From NCBI GenBank assembly GCA_010015585.1, contig ML975151.1: DNA of 28,280 bases, one strand, 5' to 3'. Shown in pieces: positions 1 to 11,957 of the stretch (positions are counted from its first letter, which is position 1; each line of letters begins with the position of its first letter). This stretch comes from Eremomyces bilateralis CBS 781.70. Lineage: Eukaryota. Made by a program: the position numbers and the translations under genes. The notes under the pieces were generated by a model, which saw only the letters and a list, made by a program, of their open reading frames with translations, had not been told where the DNA came from and did not search any database.

Positions 1-2829
1 GCACCGCTCGGCCCGCCGAAGAAACCGCTGGAGATACGGCTGCTGGAGCTGCGGCGCGCCTGCAGCAGGCGGCGCTCGAGCGTATTGATGTAGCGGTTTT
101 TGTCGGCGACGTCGGCGCGCAGCGCGTGCAGTTGGGTTGAGAGGGACGCGGTGCCGTCGCCGTTGCTACCGAGGCTGTCGGTCGAGTCGGCGTCGGAGGC
201 GGCAAAGTTGAGGGCTGGGGATGGGTGCACGCCGTGGGTGGCGGGGGTGGAGGCGGTGGAGAGGCGGGAGGCGGAGGTGTGGCGCTGGAGGGAGCGGAGG
301 GAAGCGGAGCCGGATTCGGTGCGGCGAAGGGCGGTGGGAGGATGTGGAGCGCCGTTTGCGTCGAGGGTGGTCGTGGAGGCAGATCGGGCGGAGGTGGTGG
401 ACGCTTGGCGGCTGAGAGGGAGTTGAAGATCGGCGGCGGACATGAGGGATTGGCGGGAGGAATGGGCAGTAGGCCTATTGCCCAGGGCGGAGACGCTGCG
501 AGGTACGGTCATATTATGTGTGTGATTGACGCCGATGGATTTCGATGATAGAATGAGGCGGTTGAGGTGCTCGATTCGCTCTTTCAGGGCGGTACGTGCA
601 AGCTGCATCTCGAGCATTTGCTCTTCGTGGCGAGCTTGCATCTCTTCCTCTTCTTTGGCCTTCCGCTCACGCTCTTCCTCGGCGTCGAGAGCGGCCGACT
701 CCGGATCATGATCGGGCTCGCCTATCGCGCCCGATGCGCCGCCTTTGGATGAAACGTCCTTCTGCCCTTCGAGCTGGCGACGGAGCTCGAGGATTTCCAC
801 TCGATACCGGTCAAGAAGAGCTCGGGAAGTTGCATCACCTGCGAGAGCTTCCTCCGCCTTTTTGGCGTGCGAGACGATATTGTTCTTGGCACGAGAAGCG
901 AACTTGAGAGTATTCAACGTCTCGCCAGTGTGATTCTGAGCGCTCGCCACGGATCCCGCAGACCCGATTTGGATGGTACAAAGGATTGAAACCAGAGAGT
1001 TCCCTGAGAGTGCGGGTTGGAGGAGTCGGGTGAGTTTCGAGTCGCGGTAAGGTAAATGCTTGAGGCCGTCTTTACCATCTTTCTCCTTGCCATCCCCCTT
1101 CTTGTCTCCATCTTTATCCCCGGACAATCTTCCGATGACAGTTCCAAGCGTAAGCAGGGACTTATTGATGTGCGCTCCCTCCGTCCTTCGCTCCTTATTT
1201 TCTGCAGCCCGTTCACTCCCGGCCAAATCGATCAAGCTTAGTGTACTCACGCGAACACCACCTGGAGCAATACCCGTTCGCTTGTCGGCGCCTGGGGCCG
1301 AGGCGCCAGGTGGTGAACTTCGTTCCCGCGACTCAACGACGATCTGCACGACGGCATGCGAACGGGAACTTCTCGCGTTATATTGCGTCGATCCGGTCCG
1401 CCTAGAATTGTCACCTCTAGCGATCACTCTCAGCAACTGCGTCGGGCTCTGTACGATCTCTTCCTTCAGCGGCGTGGCGTAGACGCCTCTCTTGCTATCC
1501 TCCCGTAGTTTAATCTCTTCTTGCGGACCTCCCGTCATTCCGTTCACACCGGCAGCCGGGGTCGATAGCAGGTCGTGGATCTTCTCGTTGTAGATTTCCA
1601 GATAGCTGACCCGCAGCAAGAATTCTCGATGGGGCGTTTCGCGGATGAAGGAGAAGATGTCGGTGATGGCAAGTGGGATCACACCAGGGCTGGTGGCCGT
1701 ACCTTGCATGGAAAAGGTCTTACCAGTGCCTGTCATACCATAGGCGAAAACGGTGCCGTGGTAACCCTCCATGACACGGCGCACGAGACGCTTTGCGGCA
1801 GAATCGTAGACTTTGGCATTCTGGTCGTGCGCAGCGAAGACATTGTCTAGAACATGGCTGTTAGCACAATATATGAGCACGTGCAATCGCCGGGAACTTA
1901 CCATAATAATACTCTCCCCCTTCCCTTCCACGATACGATATCAAAGACCGTCTTCCGTCAACCATCCACTCCAATTCGCTCTTTTGTCCATCATGCCCAA
2001 CATCAGGCCGCACTCGGACACTGACCAGCACGTTCCCCTTTCCCCCATCCTTTTCACTGTGTCTGCGACCCCCTTCCACCGACTTCCCACTACCATAGGC
2101 CATGTCTTCTTTACTCCCCCTCATCAAATCCCGCCCCCTCCCAAAATCGTCGTCGTCCTCGAATGTGATCGAGGATAGGTTGTCCACGCTAGATGCACGG
2201 CTGAGGGGTGAGGTAGGTAGTGAGAGCAACGTGGCGCTGTTGATCGATCGGTATTCACCACCGGACAGAAGCGATACGGCTGAAGTAGTGGAGGAAGATT
2301 TGCGAAGCGAGACGCGTGGGTGGGGTTTGGAGGAGGTGCGGGGAGGTACGACGCGAGAGGTATGGGTGCCCGACGGGGTGCGAAGCGTCTTAAGAGTGTC
2401 TCCAGAGGCGTTGGTAGCGGAGTGGGAGAGGGGAGACGGGGGGTGTGAAGTGGAGCGTTGAGCGTTCCGGGGAGGTTGTGGAAAGGCGCCAATGCTGACC
2501 GTTTGACGGAGAGAACGTCCAGGAGTGGCAGTGCCCGAGGGAGTGGTGGTAGAAGCGGATGGCGGCTTCGAAGCACCGTTTACGGTCGGTATTGCGGGTG
2601 TAGAAGCATTCTTTGGGGGTCGTGTCGGGATTCCAGAGGACACCGATCGCGATGCGGAAGGTTTTGGGGCGGACGGGACAGTGATTGATGCCGCCGAGCC
2701 ACGACGGCCCTGTGAAGGAGCTGTATGAATGGAAGAGACTGAGGATTTTCGCGATTTCGAGACCGGTAACGAGGGTAGTGGTGTGGTTGGAGGTCGTGAA
2801 GGCCGTGGTAAAGTGGTGGTAGTCGCCAT
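1..2829 (-). CDS. kipA: Kinesin-7 family motor (KipA/Kip2-like); exons 2829-1902 and 1846-<1; 3' end lies outside the window
   Basis: Ser/Pro-rich N-terminus, then VSVRVRP. A 55-bp intron at 1847-1901 (GTAAGT...CTAAC...TAG) restores YYY-D-NVF. Motor motifs: P-loop AYGMTGTGKT, switch I NARSSRSH, switch II LIDLAGSE, HINKSLLTLG, HLPYRDSKLTRLLQ. A coiled-coil tail (EQMLEMQLARTALKERIEHLNRLIL) stays open to position 1. Confidence 0.95.
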
Positions 2830-2894
2830 GATGGATGGCTCGTTGCTTCCTCGTTACACCAGAACAATCTTACTTTCCTTCGGATTGCTTTCCG

Positions 2895-2936
2895 GCTCAC
2901 TTCTCGGCTCACTTCTCTGCTCACTTCTCTGCTCAC
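2895..2936. repeat. 12-bp tandem repeat (GCTCACTTCTCK x3.5) just upstream of the kinesin start codon
   Basis: gctcacttctcg gctcacttctct gctcacttctct gctcac, read directly. Confidence 0.85.
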
Positions 2937-5900
2937 ACTCTTTTACTCGGTTGTGCAGTAAGCAGAGTCTGCAGAAGTGAAAGCTGCGCAAGAACCGCGC
3001 AGTCCCTGTTCACATGAATACCGGTATGTAAGCCGTCTAAGCGACCAGCAGCCACCAAAGAGCCCAAGGACCCGTCTATGCGTCGTCGGATGGGGTGAAT
3101 CGATCCATCCAGGCTCCGAAACTTCGGTCGAATCGGTCGGCGTGTCTCTCGAGTCTGGTATTGTGATGCAGCGGGATTTTGCTGGCTTCTACAAAGAGAG
3201 GAGGAGGGAAAAGACGAATGCGTGGAGACAATCGTTGGCACCGTCGGCTCAGACCAGCTTGATGATCCTTTGCCTCAGGACTTTCCGACTTTCAACGCCT
3301 GCTCGTTCCTGGGCAAGTGGACGTTCCCTGATAGCCAGGGCCAATGCGGTCCCTGTTACGGGGTCCCTGGGAATTGGGACGGAAGCGAGGGGGGGAATGG
3401 AGAGTGGCCCGTCGCGGCGTAGCACCTGTCGGAACACCAGGGTGGAGTTTTTAGCTTGTTGATGGACAGGGTAACGAGCAAGGGGGAGTTTGCTCCCAGT
3501 CGCGGACAGACGGATAGTGACTCAAGATAGAATTCCTCTCAGTATTCAGGCTATGATGAGGGTTGGGAATGATGAGGGGATGGCTACAACACTACGCATT
3601 TACAGCCACGCGTATTAAGTATTCCAATGTATTGGAGCGGCTATCCAGAACAGAGCATCGAGAGTCGAGAGTCGAATCCAAAAACGAAGAATGAGCAGAG
3701 TCAAAAATGGATAGCGTGAGAACAAGCCCGCTGCTAAGTGCTAGGCACTACTGTACGGCGGGTCCGGGATGGGAATATCACCAGATATTAAATACCTACT
3801 TATCACAAGAGCAGGCACCTAATAATATTAATAAGCACCAGCAGCACAAGAACGAGGAATAATCTGTGATGGGATTGGACGACGCTGTTGAAGAGGATAG
3901 GGAGTGCTCTGTACTCCGTAGGGGCGGAGATACATGCGATATGAGGATTGAGGCGAGGTTGGTGACCTCCACTGCTGATGACGAGCAATTCGAGCCCGAG
4001 GGAAAGGAGATGTCGATCAAAAGTGGCCATCTGCACCATCATGGTTTCGGAATATCAATGACTTGTAGATAAATGCTGCGAACGGGATAAAATGTACTCT
4101 GATTTTCGGAACTTAGGACTAGCATTTGGATCCAGCATCTGCAAGATTTGCCGGTTAAGAATTAAGCTGTAGGATGAGTGCAGGTTTCCTCTCGGCTGAG
4201 GCGCCATTTCCGCCATTTCCCGCGCTACCGGGTGCCTCTCATCTCGAAATTCGAATATTATCATCCCCTGAATCATCCATCGTGCTCCTTTTCTCATCAG
4301 CCAATGGGCCGAATCGTAGGTATTTGATATTTCGCTCTCCGACTTGATATTTAAAGGAAGCCTTTCTTTACTCCATATTATCTCCAATCATCCAATACCC
4401 ACCTCCCATTTCTATCCGACGAATGACGGAAATGATGCTGAGCGGATCCATCCTCCCAGCCCCATGTAGCCTAGCGCGCCACAATCACACCCCCAAATCC
4501 CAATCCCCCCTTACCGGACCTTGGACCTTGACTCCTTGGACCTTGAGTGATGAGACGGGAAACTGTGATCACAGTGGCTGATCACCCCCAAATGCGGCAC
4601 CGTGCTCGATGGAACATTTCGAAGTTCAAACGTCCTTGGGAAAGAGGGGAGGGCCAGGGGAGGGACTGTGTCCATTAGGTATAACTTTACTACATACGTA
4701 GTAATACCCTCCAGCCTCCGGAGTCCAGATGTTTAGATGAGAATAAGAAAGAGAAAAATCACTAAGGGGACTTTATCTCGAATACAAGTCAAGGTCATCG
4801 ATGTGAATCCGCAGGAGGAACCGTTCAAAAAGCTGATGTCCAACAGCTGCTGTTGTGAACTTCTATCCAGTGATTCCAGTCAGATGCCCCCGAAGGCCGA
4901 AAGTGTTGTACTAATATTATTGCGATAATCATAAATCAACAGCCACCAACAGTCTAACTAACCCACACTCTTGATTTAGGTATTCCTGGATGCGCGACCA
5001 ACCAAATAATCCATCTGGTGGAGCTTATGCAACACAAGTCTTAATCGACGAGAAAGGCTCTGTGCCCTCCGATCGTTGGAATTCAGGAATTCTGCATGAA
5101 TATCGATTCCTGCAAGTATGATGTAGGACGGAGGTAACTGTTCACCCCCATTCAAATTTCAAAGCCCTCCCCTTGTCAAGTGTCACTCACTTGTCAGTTG
5201 TTACTGAGACACCGACCTCGAAAGTCCAAGGTCTAAGGCCCAACATCTAACACCTAAGAGATGAGGCGGCGAGCCGACCTTCCCCACCCCTGAATCACTG
5301 GCAAGCGGCAGTCTGTCCGGCACACATCCCCGACAAGGGTTCCACGGAAATATCTGCATTAAATACGGAGTATGTATTAATATTCCATTTTTCCTTTTTA
5401 CCATTAGTTAGTACATACTTATTTACAGTCCTAACTCCCAAACCGCAGACCTCACGGACCACGGTCCTCCATCCGTTCCGAGTTTGCGGCCCCCCCTTTG
5501 CGGGTCCGAGTGTTGCAGCTTGTTGGACAGAACCCAGCAATACGGATGACCTAACAGCCGCATGAGACGACAGGCAGATAATTCTCATCACGGGACATTG
5601 GTTCTCTGACTGTTGCACCTTCGTTGGGCAAGCCATCCTTATGTGGCGCGAATCATATCCGCCCGCTCCAGTACCACCCTTAGTTACCCCTCAGTCCAGG
5701 CATATGAATGGGTGGTGTAGGATCACAAATCTAACGACGTCGTATCCTCACAACCAATCGTGGCCGTGACATAAACGATATACCACACCTGGTTGAATAA
5801 CCATTTGTACCACGAGGAGAATCTGCGGTGATGTGCAGTTATTGACTATGTTGCTCACCCTCAGAATGGGAGATGTACCACCCGTAATGGCCGTCATGAA

Positions 5901-8216
5901 CTCATGATGGCCATATACTCGTCTCCACGGCTCGGGCAAGCCGACAGCATCGATTCTGCAAATGAGCAAGTTCTTATTCATGTACTGTGGGGTTCTGGTT
6001 CTGATAACGAAGGCGGGGAATCTGGGACAATGGACGGTCGAGGTGTTCCTTCGCATTGTCGGATGTGTATCATCATATTATCCGTTCGCGTACCTCTGCT
6101 TCACATCAGTCCATGCGTCCAATGCTTGAATATATACTCCCTTATCTTACAGCCCAAACAGTCGAGCCTCGTCTTGCGGAGACGAACAATATGGTGCGGC
6201 TGTACTGACAACCCCCCGGCTTTCAAGAGACTCGGAAATGCATATGGATTATCCGAAAATTTCATGTCATATGTCAAATCTATCCAGTCAGTCGTTCATC
6301 CGTAAAGCTATCCATTCAGTTTCCATCTACATCGTCTTGTTACTAAAATTCAGGGTTGTTTTTCTTTATACAAACATCTAGAGAGATGTCTAGGTCTGTT
6401 CCCTCAACCTCCACTCGTTCAGATTAGAAAGATACATTCTGATAGTTAATTCTCTATCCGTTCTCCTTAGCATATGTTAGTGTGTTTATATTCTAATGAA
6501 ACTGGCTGAATGTATAGCAAGTATGCGTAAGACGGAACAATATGCACTCTTTTCAATTCTCCGATTACCCTCACTGCTGCCCTATATTCATGAGTTCCAA
6601 GTCATCTTTTGCGGCTAAAGGTTCATTTTCCAAACTCATCTATATCATGAACACTATATATCCACTATATTGTCTCCGTCTGAAATTACCTACCTACGTC
6701 AGTGGATTCAGTCTGTCTCGCGGGAAAACAAGATAATGTATCTACTCTGTGCTACAAAGAGTGAAAGCAGAGGTCGGTGTGGATTGTTCCTTCTCAGCTA
6801 AATGATGCAATGAATACCAATCTCCTACGAATCTCTCAGCTTGATCAAATACCCTGACCTCCCAGCTGGGCGTCTTCTGCGGATTTGCCCTCGGTCATGC
6901 AGTTTACAATCATGATCACTCCCTATAAGCTGACCTGTTGTAGTCGTTCGACATGAGGACCATCTGGAGGACATGGAGAGCTGCAGCATGTCCGAATCGC
7001 CTAGACATGATCATATACCTCTATAGCGACTGGACGGACAAAATACACTTATTGACCAGAACACCCGTCGTCTTGGGCTAGGCTTACACCACATTCCCTC
7101 CCTTCCTACACATTTCGAACAGACTTGAAGTACATTCGACAATATCTTCTAGGTCTAGTGGAATGCTAGCAATCTCCGTCGCTCACCGAGCGAAGCAGAT
7201 TTAGGAAAAGTCGTCAGCTCCGCGCTCATCAGCGAAATACCCCAGTCGTACTACGGAGCAGTATAAGGGACTATGAATGCTGATTGCGAGTGTAGAATGG
7301 ACATCGCCAGATCCCCGAACGGCAAAGTTCCCTGAACGAAACTCCAACCCAGCTCCCAACATCTCCTGCATTTCTTTCCGTGTGCTTCTGTTCGAGAAAC
7401 ATACTACAACCGTCCAAGATGGATCCATTTCCCTCTCGCTGGTCATGGTTATCATCCTCAGAGGGACCCCTTTCCGAAGGAGATGACACGGTAAGGTGAA
7501 CTGATTGATGGCTCTAGGATATGCGCTGGCCTACCTAGAACATTACAAACGATACACGGAGTTCTGAATGACGGGAGGGCGAGCAGGATGTGACGGTTTG
7601 ATAACTAGGTGTGGTGAGGGTGGCGACATATGTCAACTGAACAGTGGATATCACTGATCATTACGATTAGAGTCTCGGTTGAGATGTCGATGGAGGTGTA
7701 ATGGGGTTGCTACGAATGCAAAAATTGTAAATCGCAATAGCAAATCTTTACCTAGGGCGACTAGACTCTTAAACCCTTTCCTATTACTGACCTGTAATGG
7801 GAACGGCCATGAAGTGGATGCCCCCGTCTAGTGCCTTTCACCACGAAGGCCTCTGTTATTATTGTATCATAGTAAGCGTCCGGGAGGGAGCAGCGATTTC
7901 GGCGTGTCACCACAACAAAGCAATCTCCTCAACCTCCTCGCAGAACTAGCATATGAGTCTACGGCGGCGCATCTGCACCTGATTAAAGCGGGCTGTGTAC
8001 AGCCTGAGTTCGTAGGTCGTCTATATCAGTTCCACAACATACATATATATATATAATACATCGAATGACGTGAACATGTTCCCCAGTTCCCCTTCCCAAC
8101 AGAAAAAGGTCGCCCAAAATCCCTTCAGCCTCCAAACGTCGATACATTCTACTGCAATTCTACGCTGCCACTGACGCCCGGAAGGCGACCGCGGCACCCC
8201 AAAGGACCGCGAAACC

Positions 8217-10042
8217 CTAGTGTGGCTGCACGCCGACATACTCGCCGGGCGCCGGGAACTTCCCCGTCAGCTCCGCAATGAGATACCCGGCGAGCTTCAC
8301 GGGGTCAGGGCCCGGCTTCGAGTCGGTGATTGGCGCCGCGGTAGTGTTCGAAGCACCGGTCGCGAAGCAGACGCGCCCGTCGATGAACTGGCGCTGCTCG
8401 GCGTTGATGCCGGGGGTGGTCCAGAAGACATTTTTTGGGTCGTATTTGGTCTTGATGCCGGAGAGGCGGTTGTAGTTATCGAGGCCCCAGAAGTTCTGCT
8501 TCCAGTTCGGGTCGTCGGCCCAGCCCTAGGAATGGTGAGTTAGTGGTGTGAATGTGAGTGTGGAGGGGAACGTACCTCGTTGATATATCCGCCCATATCC
8601 GGCGCGAACGCGCGTGCGGCGTCCGCGTTGCCCAGTTCGCCCAGGTTGATGGTCGTCATGAGCGCCGTGGCCTTCCTCCAGCCTGGATGGGCGGAGGTCT
8701 GCTTGCCGATATTTGTGGTGGTGCCGGGTTTGGGAGTGGTCATGATCATATTCCATAAGGCTTGGGTTTTGATGACGCCCAGAAGGGCGGGGTCCTTCAT
8801 GTGGTCGGGTCCGAACAGCACGCTGTCGGTCGGGACCCAGCCAAAACCGCGCGGGGCGGGCGGGTCGTCAGCGTCGTGACGTTTGGCTTTGGCGTTGTAA
8901 TCCGGTCCGGTGGGGGCGGCGAGCCAGGATCGCGCGCCGTATGTGGTGTCGTAGTATTCCTTGAAGTTTGCGTAGACGAATGGCCGGGACTGGAACGGGA
9001 GGACGCCCTCGTAGGACTGCATTTTCTCGAGCACCGGAATCCAAGCGTTGTAAGCGTCGGTAACGTTCGAAAGCTCACCAACGTGGACGCTGGTACCTCG
9101 GATGTATCCCGGTGATCCGAAGAAGTAGCCCGAGATACCGCTGGCCTGGATGTCCGGCAGTGCGGCCCAGAGGGCTTGCGAAGCCTTTTCGAGACCCTCG
9201 CTATTGACATCCGGAGTCGTCGAGTTGAGCCAGAAGTTAATGCCGGTGACGGGTACGTCCGGGTAGACCTTCATGGTGGCCTCGACGACCACGCCGAAGC
9301 CGCCCCCGCCGCCTCGGATGGCCCAGAAGAGATCGGAATTAGAGACGGAGTTGACAACGCGAAGCTTGCCATCCGCAGTGACGACCTTTGCCTCGAGCCA
9401 CTGGTCGACGCCCAGGCCAAACTGGTTGGCGAGCGGGCTATGGCCGGCGGTCTGACCCCATCCGCCGGCCGGGGCGACGGCACCGTGATTTCCAGCGACC
9501 GCAACCATTCCAACAGCAGAAAGAGCATCGTTCAACGGCTGGCCCCCATAGCTAGCGCCAAACGTTACGACGGCTTCCTTGCATGAGTCCTTGAGGGCTT
9601 TGGGGGTTTCGTCGCTACGGATGGGGGTGACGCCTGCAGTTTTAGCTTTGAAGCTCGACGAGAGTCTGATGCCCGTGAGGAGGGAGACGTCGAGGAGAAG
9701 ACCGGAAGAGCTGGTGCTACGGCACAAAAAGTCGTGTCCGGAAGTGATGACCGTCAATCGGATGTTGTACTTGGTCGCGAACTTCACGGCATTCACAACA
9801 TCTGTGGAAGTTCGCGGACGATAGCGGTAATCGGGGGCGGGATCAGTCCCGAACGCTGAGGGGTCGATGGCCGTGACGCCTGGAAGCGCTTGCTGCCAGA
9901 CGCTCTTCGCCGGGTAGTCCGTATCTGTAGCGATCTTGTGGCATCCGCTGGCTACGGTAGCGGCGGCGGCCTGGCGTTTGAGGGGACCAAGGGCGACAGC
10001 GCTGGCCGCCAGCTGAATTACGAGAAAAACGAGTGACTTCAT
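8217..10042 (-). CDS. Secreted FAD-linked oxidoreductase, berberine-bridge-enzyme (BBE)/VAO-like; exons 10042-8576 and 8525-8217; 591 aa
   Basis: Signal peptide MKSLVFLVIQLAASAVA, FAD-binding motifs SGHDFLCRS, GGWGQTAGHSP, GLGVDQWLEAKVVTADG and DLFWAIRGGGG. A 50-bp intron at 8526-8575 (GTACGT...CTAAC...TAG) joins GYINE to a BBE C-terminal motif (WKQNFWGLDNYNRLSGIKTKYDPKNVFW). Confidence 0.93.
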
Positions 10043-11957
10043 GTCTGGGAACCAGACGGCAAAAAAAAATAACTAAAAAAAATATAGCGAGCGACTGCAA
10101 ATCATAAAGGAGGGGATGAAGCGCGCCGTGTGACAGTTCTTGAACGGGAGTCAGACAATATATCAATTACTGGCGATCGGAGTCGGCCCGCAATGACCAG
10201 TCAGCGAAGGTCGCTTAGAAGAAAGCTTTCTAATAACTAGTATATTGACTTCTAGATGCCCATGTGGCATGTGCCTAGTAATCTTGCCCAAAGCGATATC
10301 GTTACCACGACGCTGGAATTCCGACCAATGATTACAAGTGACCAAGCCAGAAACTCCCAACGCAATCCTGGAAACAAACAAAGGAAATGAGCGCGTCGAA
10401 GATAATGAACGAAATGTTGAAGGCTAGAAGCGCATACGGTATGTAGTACGTACCTACTTGCGCGGAGAGGGTTTAGTACCAACTCCCAACCTCTGGGGGT
10501 TCCTAACTAGGCAGAATCCTACGCGCCACAGAAGGCAGTTCAGTCATTTTAGTAGCTTTAGTTCAACGTACTATTACCAAGCTGGCGGATAGAGCGAGAG
10601 CAAGCATTTATACGAGCAACGGGATGCATACTAGTATACTACGTAGTATGCCCAGCTCACCCGCGGCCATAGCTCCCCTTACCGTATCGTTGACTCGTGG
10701 AGGCATCCGCGACTTCCCTCATCCGACAGCATAGCACCATAAAGAGAGAGCATCAGTTGGCAATTGGTTGTGATAACTGATAGCAGATCGAGCAAAGTTG
10801 CAGTTAAACATCAACACTATGTCGATGAACTGAAATCACCACTGCGTCGGGTCGATTAGACAGGAAAGACCTGGAAGTTGATCGAGCAGCAGGCTGACCG
10901 CCATGATCCCACCGACCGACCCCAGGAACTTGTATCGACTATCGTCCACTGTCCAAGAGTTGAAGCTTGAAGCCCTAAACGGATCTCGGATGTAATTTTA
11001 ACTTCAGACGGAACCCTTGGCTGATGGATCATGGATCATGGATGGCTTGACAAGTTGACATCAAATTTGCGATCAGGTCCATGTCTCCTGCACAGGGAAG
11101 TCACCTGCACACGCATGCAACGCTGCTGACGGTGGCGTTTGTGGCAGTGCGCAAAGGCACTCCGGGGTCCCCGCAGGCACCTCCGCCAACTACCACTCCC
11201 TATTTCGACTCCCTAGCCTGCTACCTAGTGCCTAACATCTTATCTCCATGTCAAAATTGTTGGCGAACGGCCAACGGCCAACGATCAAATCGATAGCTTT
11301 GCGTGGCTGCGTCGCTTATTTAGTTCGCTCCTTCGACGATTCGAACTGCATAAGTCATAAATGCAAGAAATATCCTGGGATGTGAGGGTGTCGTACACTC
11401 AGGGGACGGGGATGCCACGCGAGCGGGCGTGGAGGTTATGAGGAGGGATCCCCAACATCGGTCCGTGGAGGGTGAAGACTGAAGAGTGGGGAACTGAAGA
11501 TGGTCATCAACGAGGGTCGAGGCTCAAGGGATTGAGAATTTTCCTTAGTTAGGCAGCTATTCCGCACTTACATACGGACACGTGAGAGACAGGGAATCTG
11601 ATTCAGGAGTTAAAAGTCCCATTCCGGATGTGACGAAGAAGGGGAAGCTAACTGCTAACTGCTGGGGAAAGTCTTCAAGCGGCTCAAGGAGGTAAGGACA
11701 TGAGTTGATGCGAACGGGAGGACATTAACGGAGTAGGTACCTATCATCTGGACTATTGATATCGGACGAACAATGTACACGCTAAACATGAGGACTATTG
11801 AAGCATCCTATTGTTAGATTTCGTGCTCGCTACCGAGACAACGTTTGAGTAGTACCTATGCAACAACAGCCATTCGTAAGTAAACCAGCGTACTGCGGTA
11901 CATCCATATCCCACATCCCTCACGCCACGTTGGGTGAAATCAGACAACAACCGTGTC

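Noticed and set aside
100..2980. Many plus-strand ORFs over the kinesin gene
   Set aside because: Antisense shadows of a GC-rich coding sequence; the kinesin motifs are all on the minus strand.
4830..4905. Hammerhead-like fragments (CTGATG...GAAC; CAGATGC...GGCCGAAA)
   Set aside because: The core deviates from CUGANGA/GAAA and I could not build stems I and III.
10626..10652. Overlapping short palindromes ATACTAGTAT / ATACTACGTAGTAT
   Set aside because: Short TAC/GTA palindromes are common in fungal intergenic DNA; no supporting structure.
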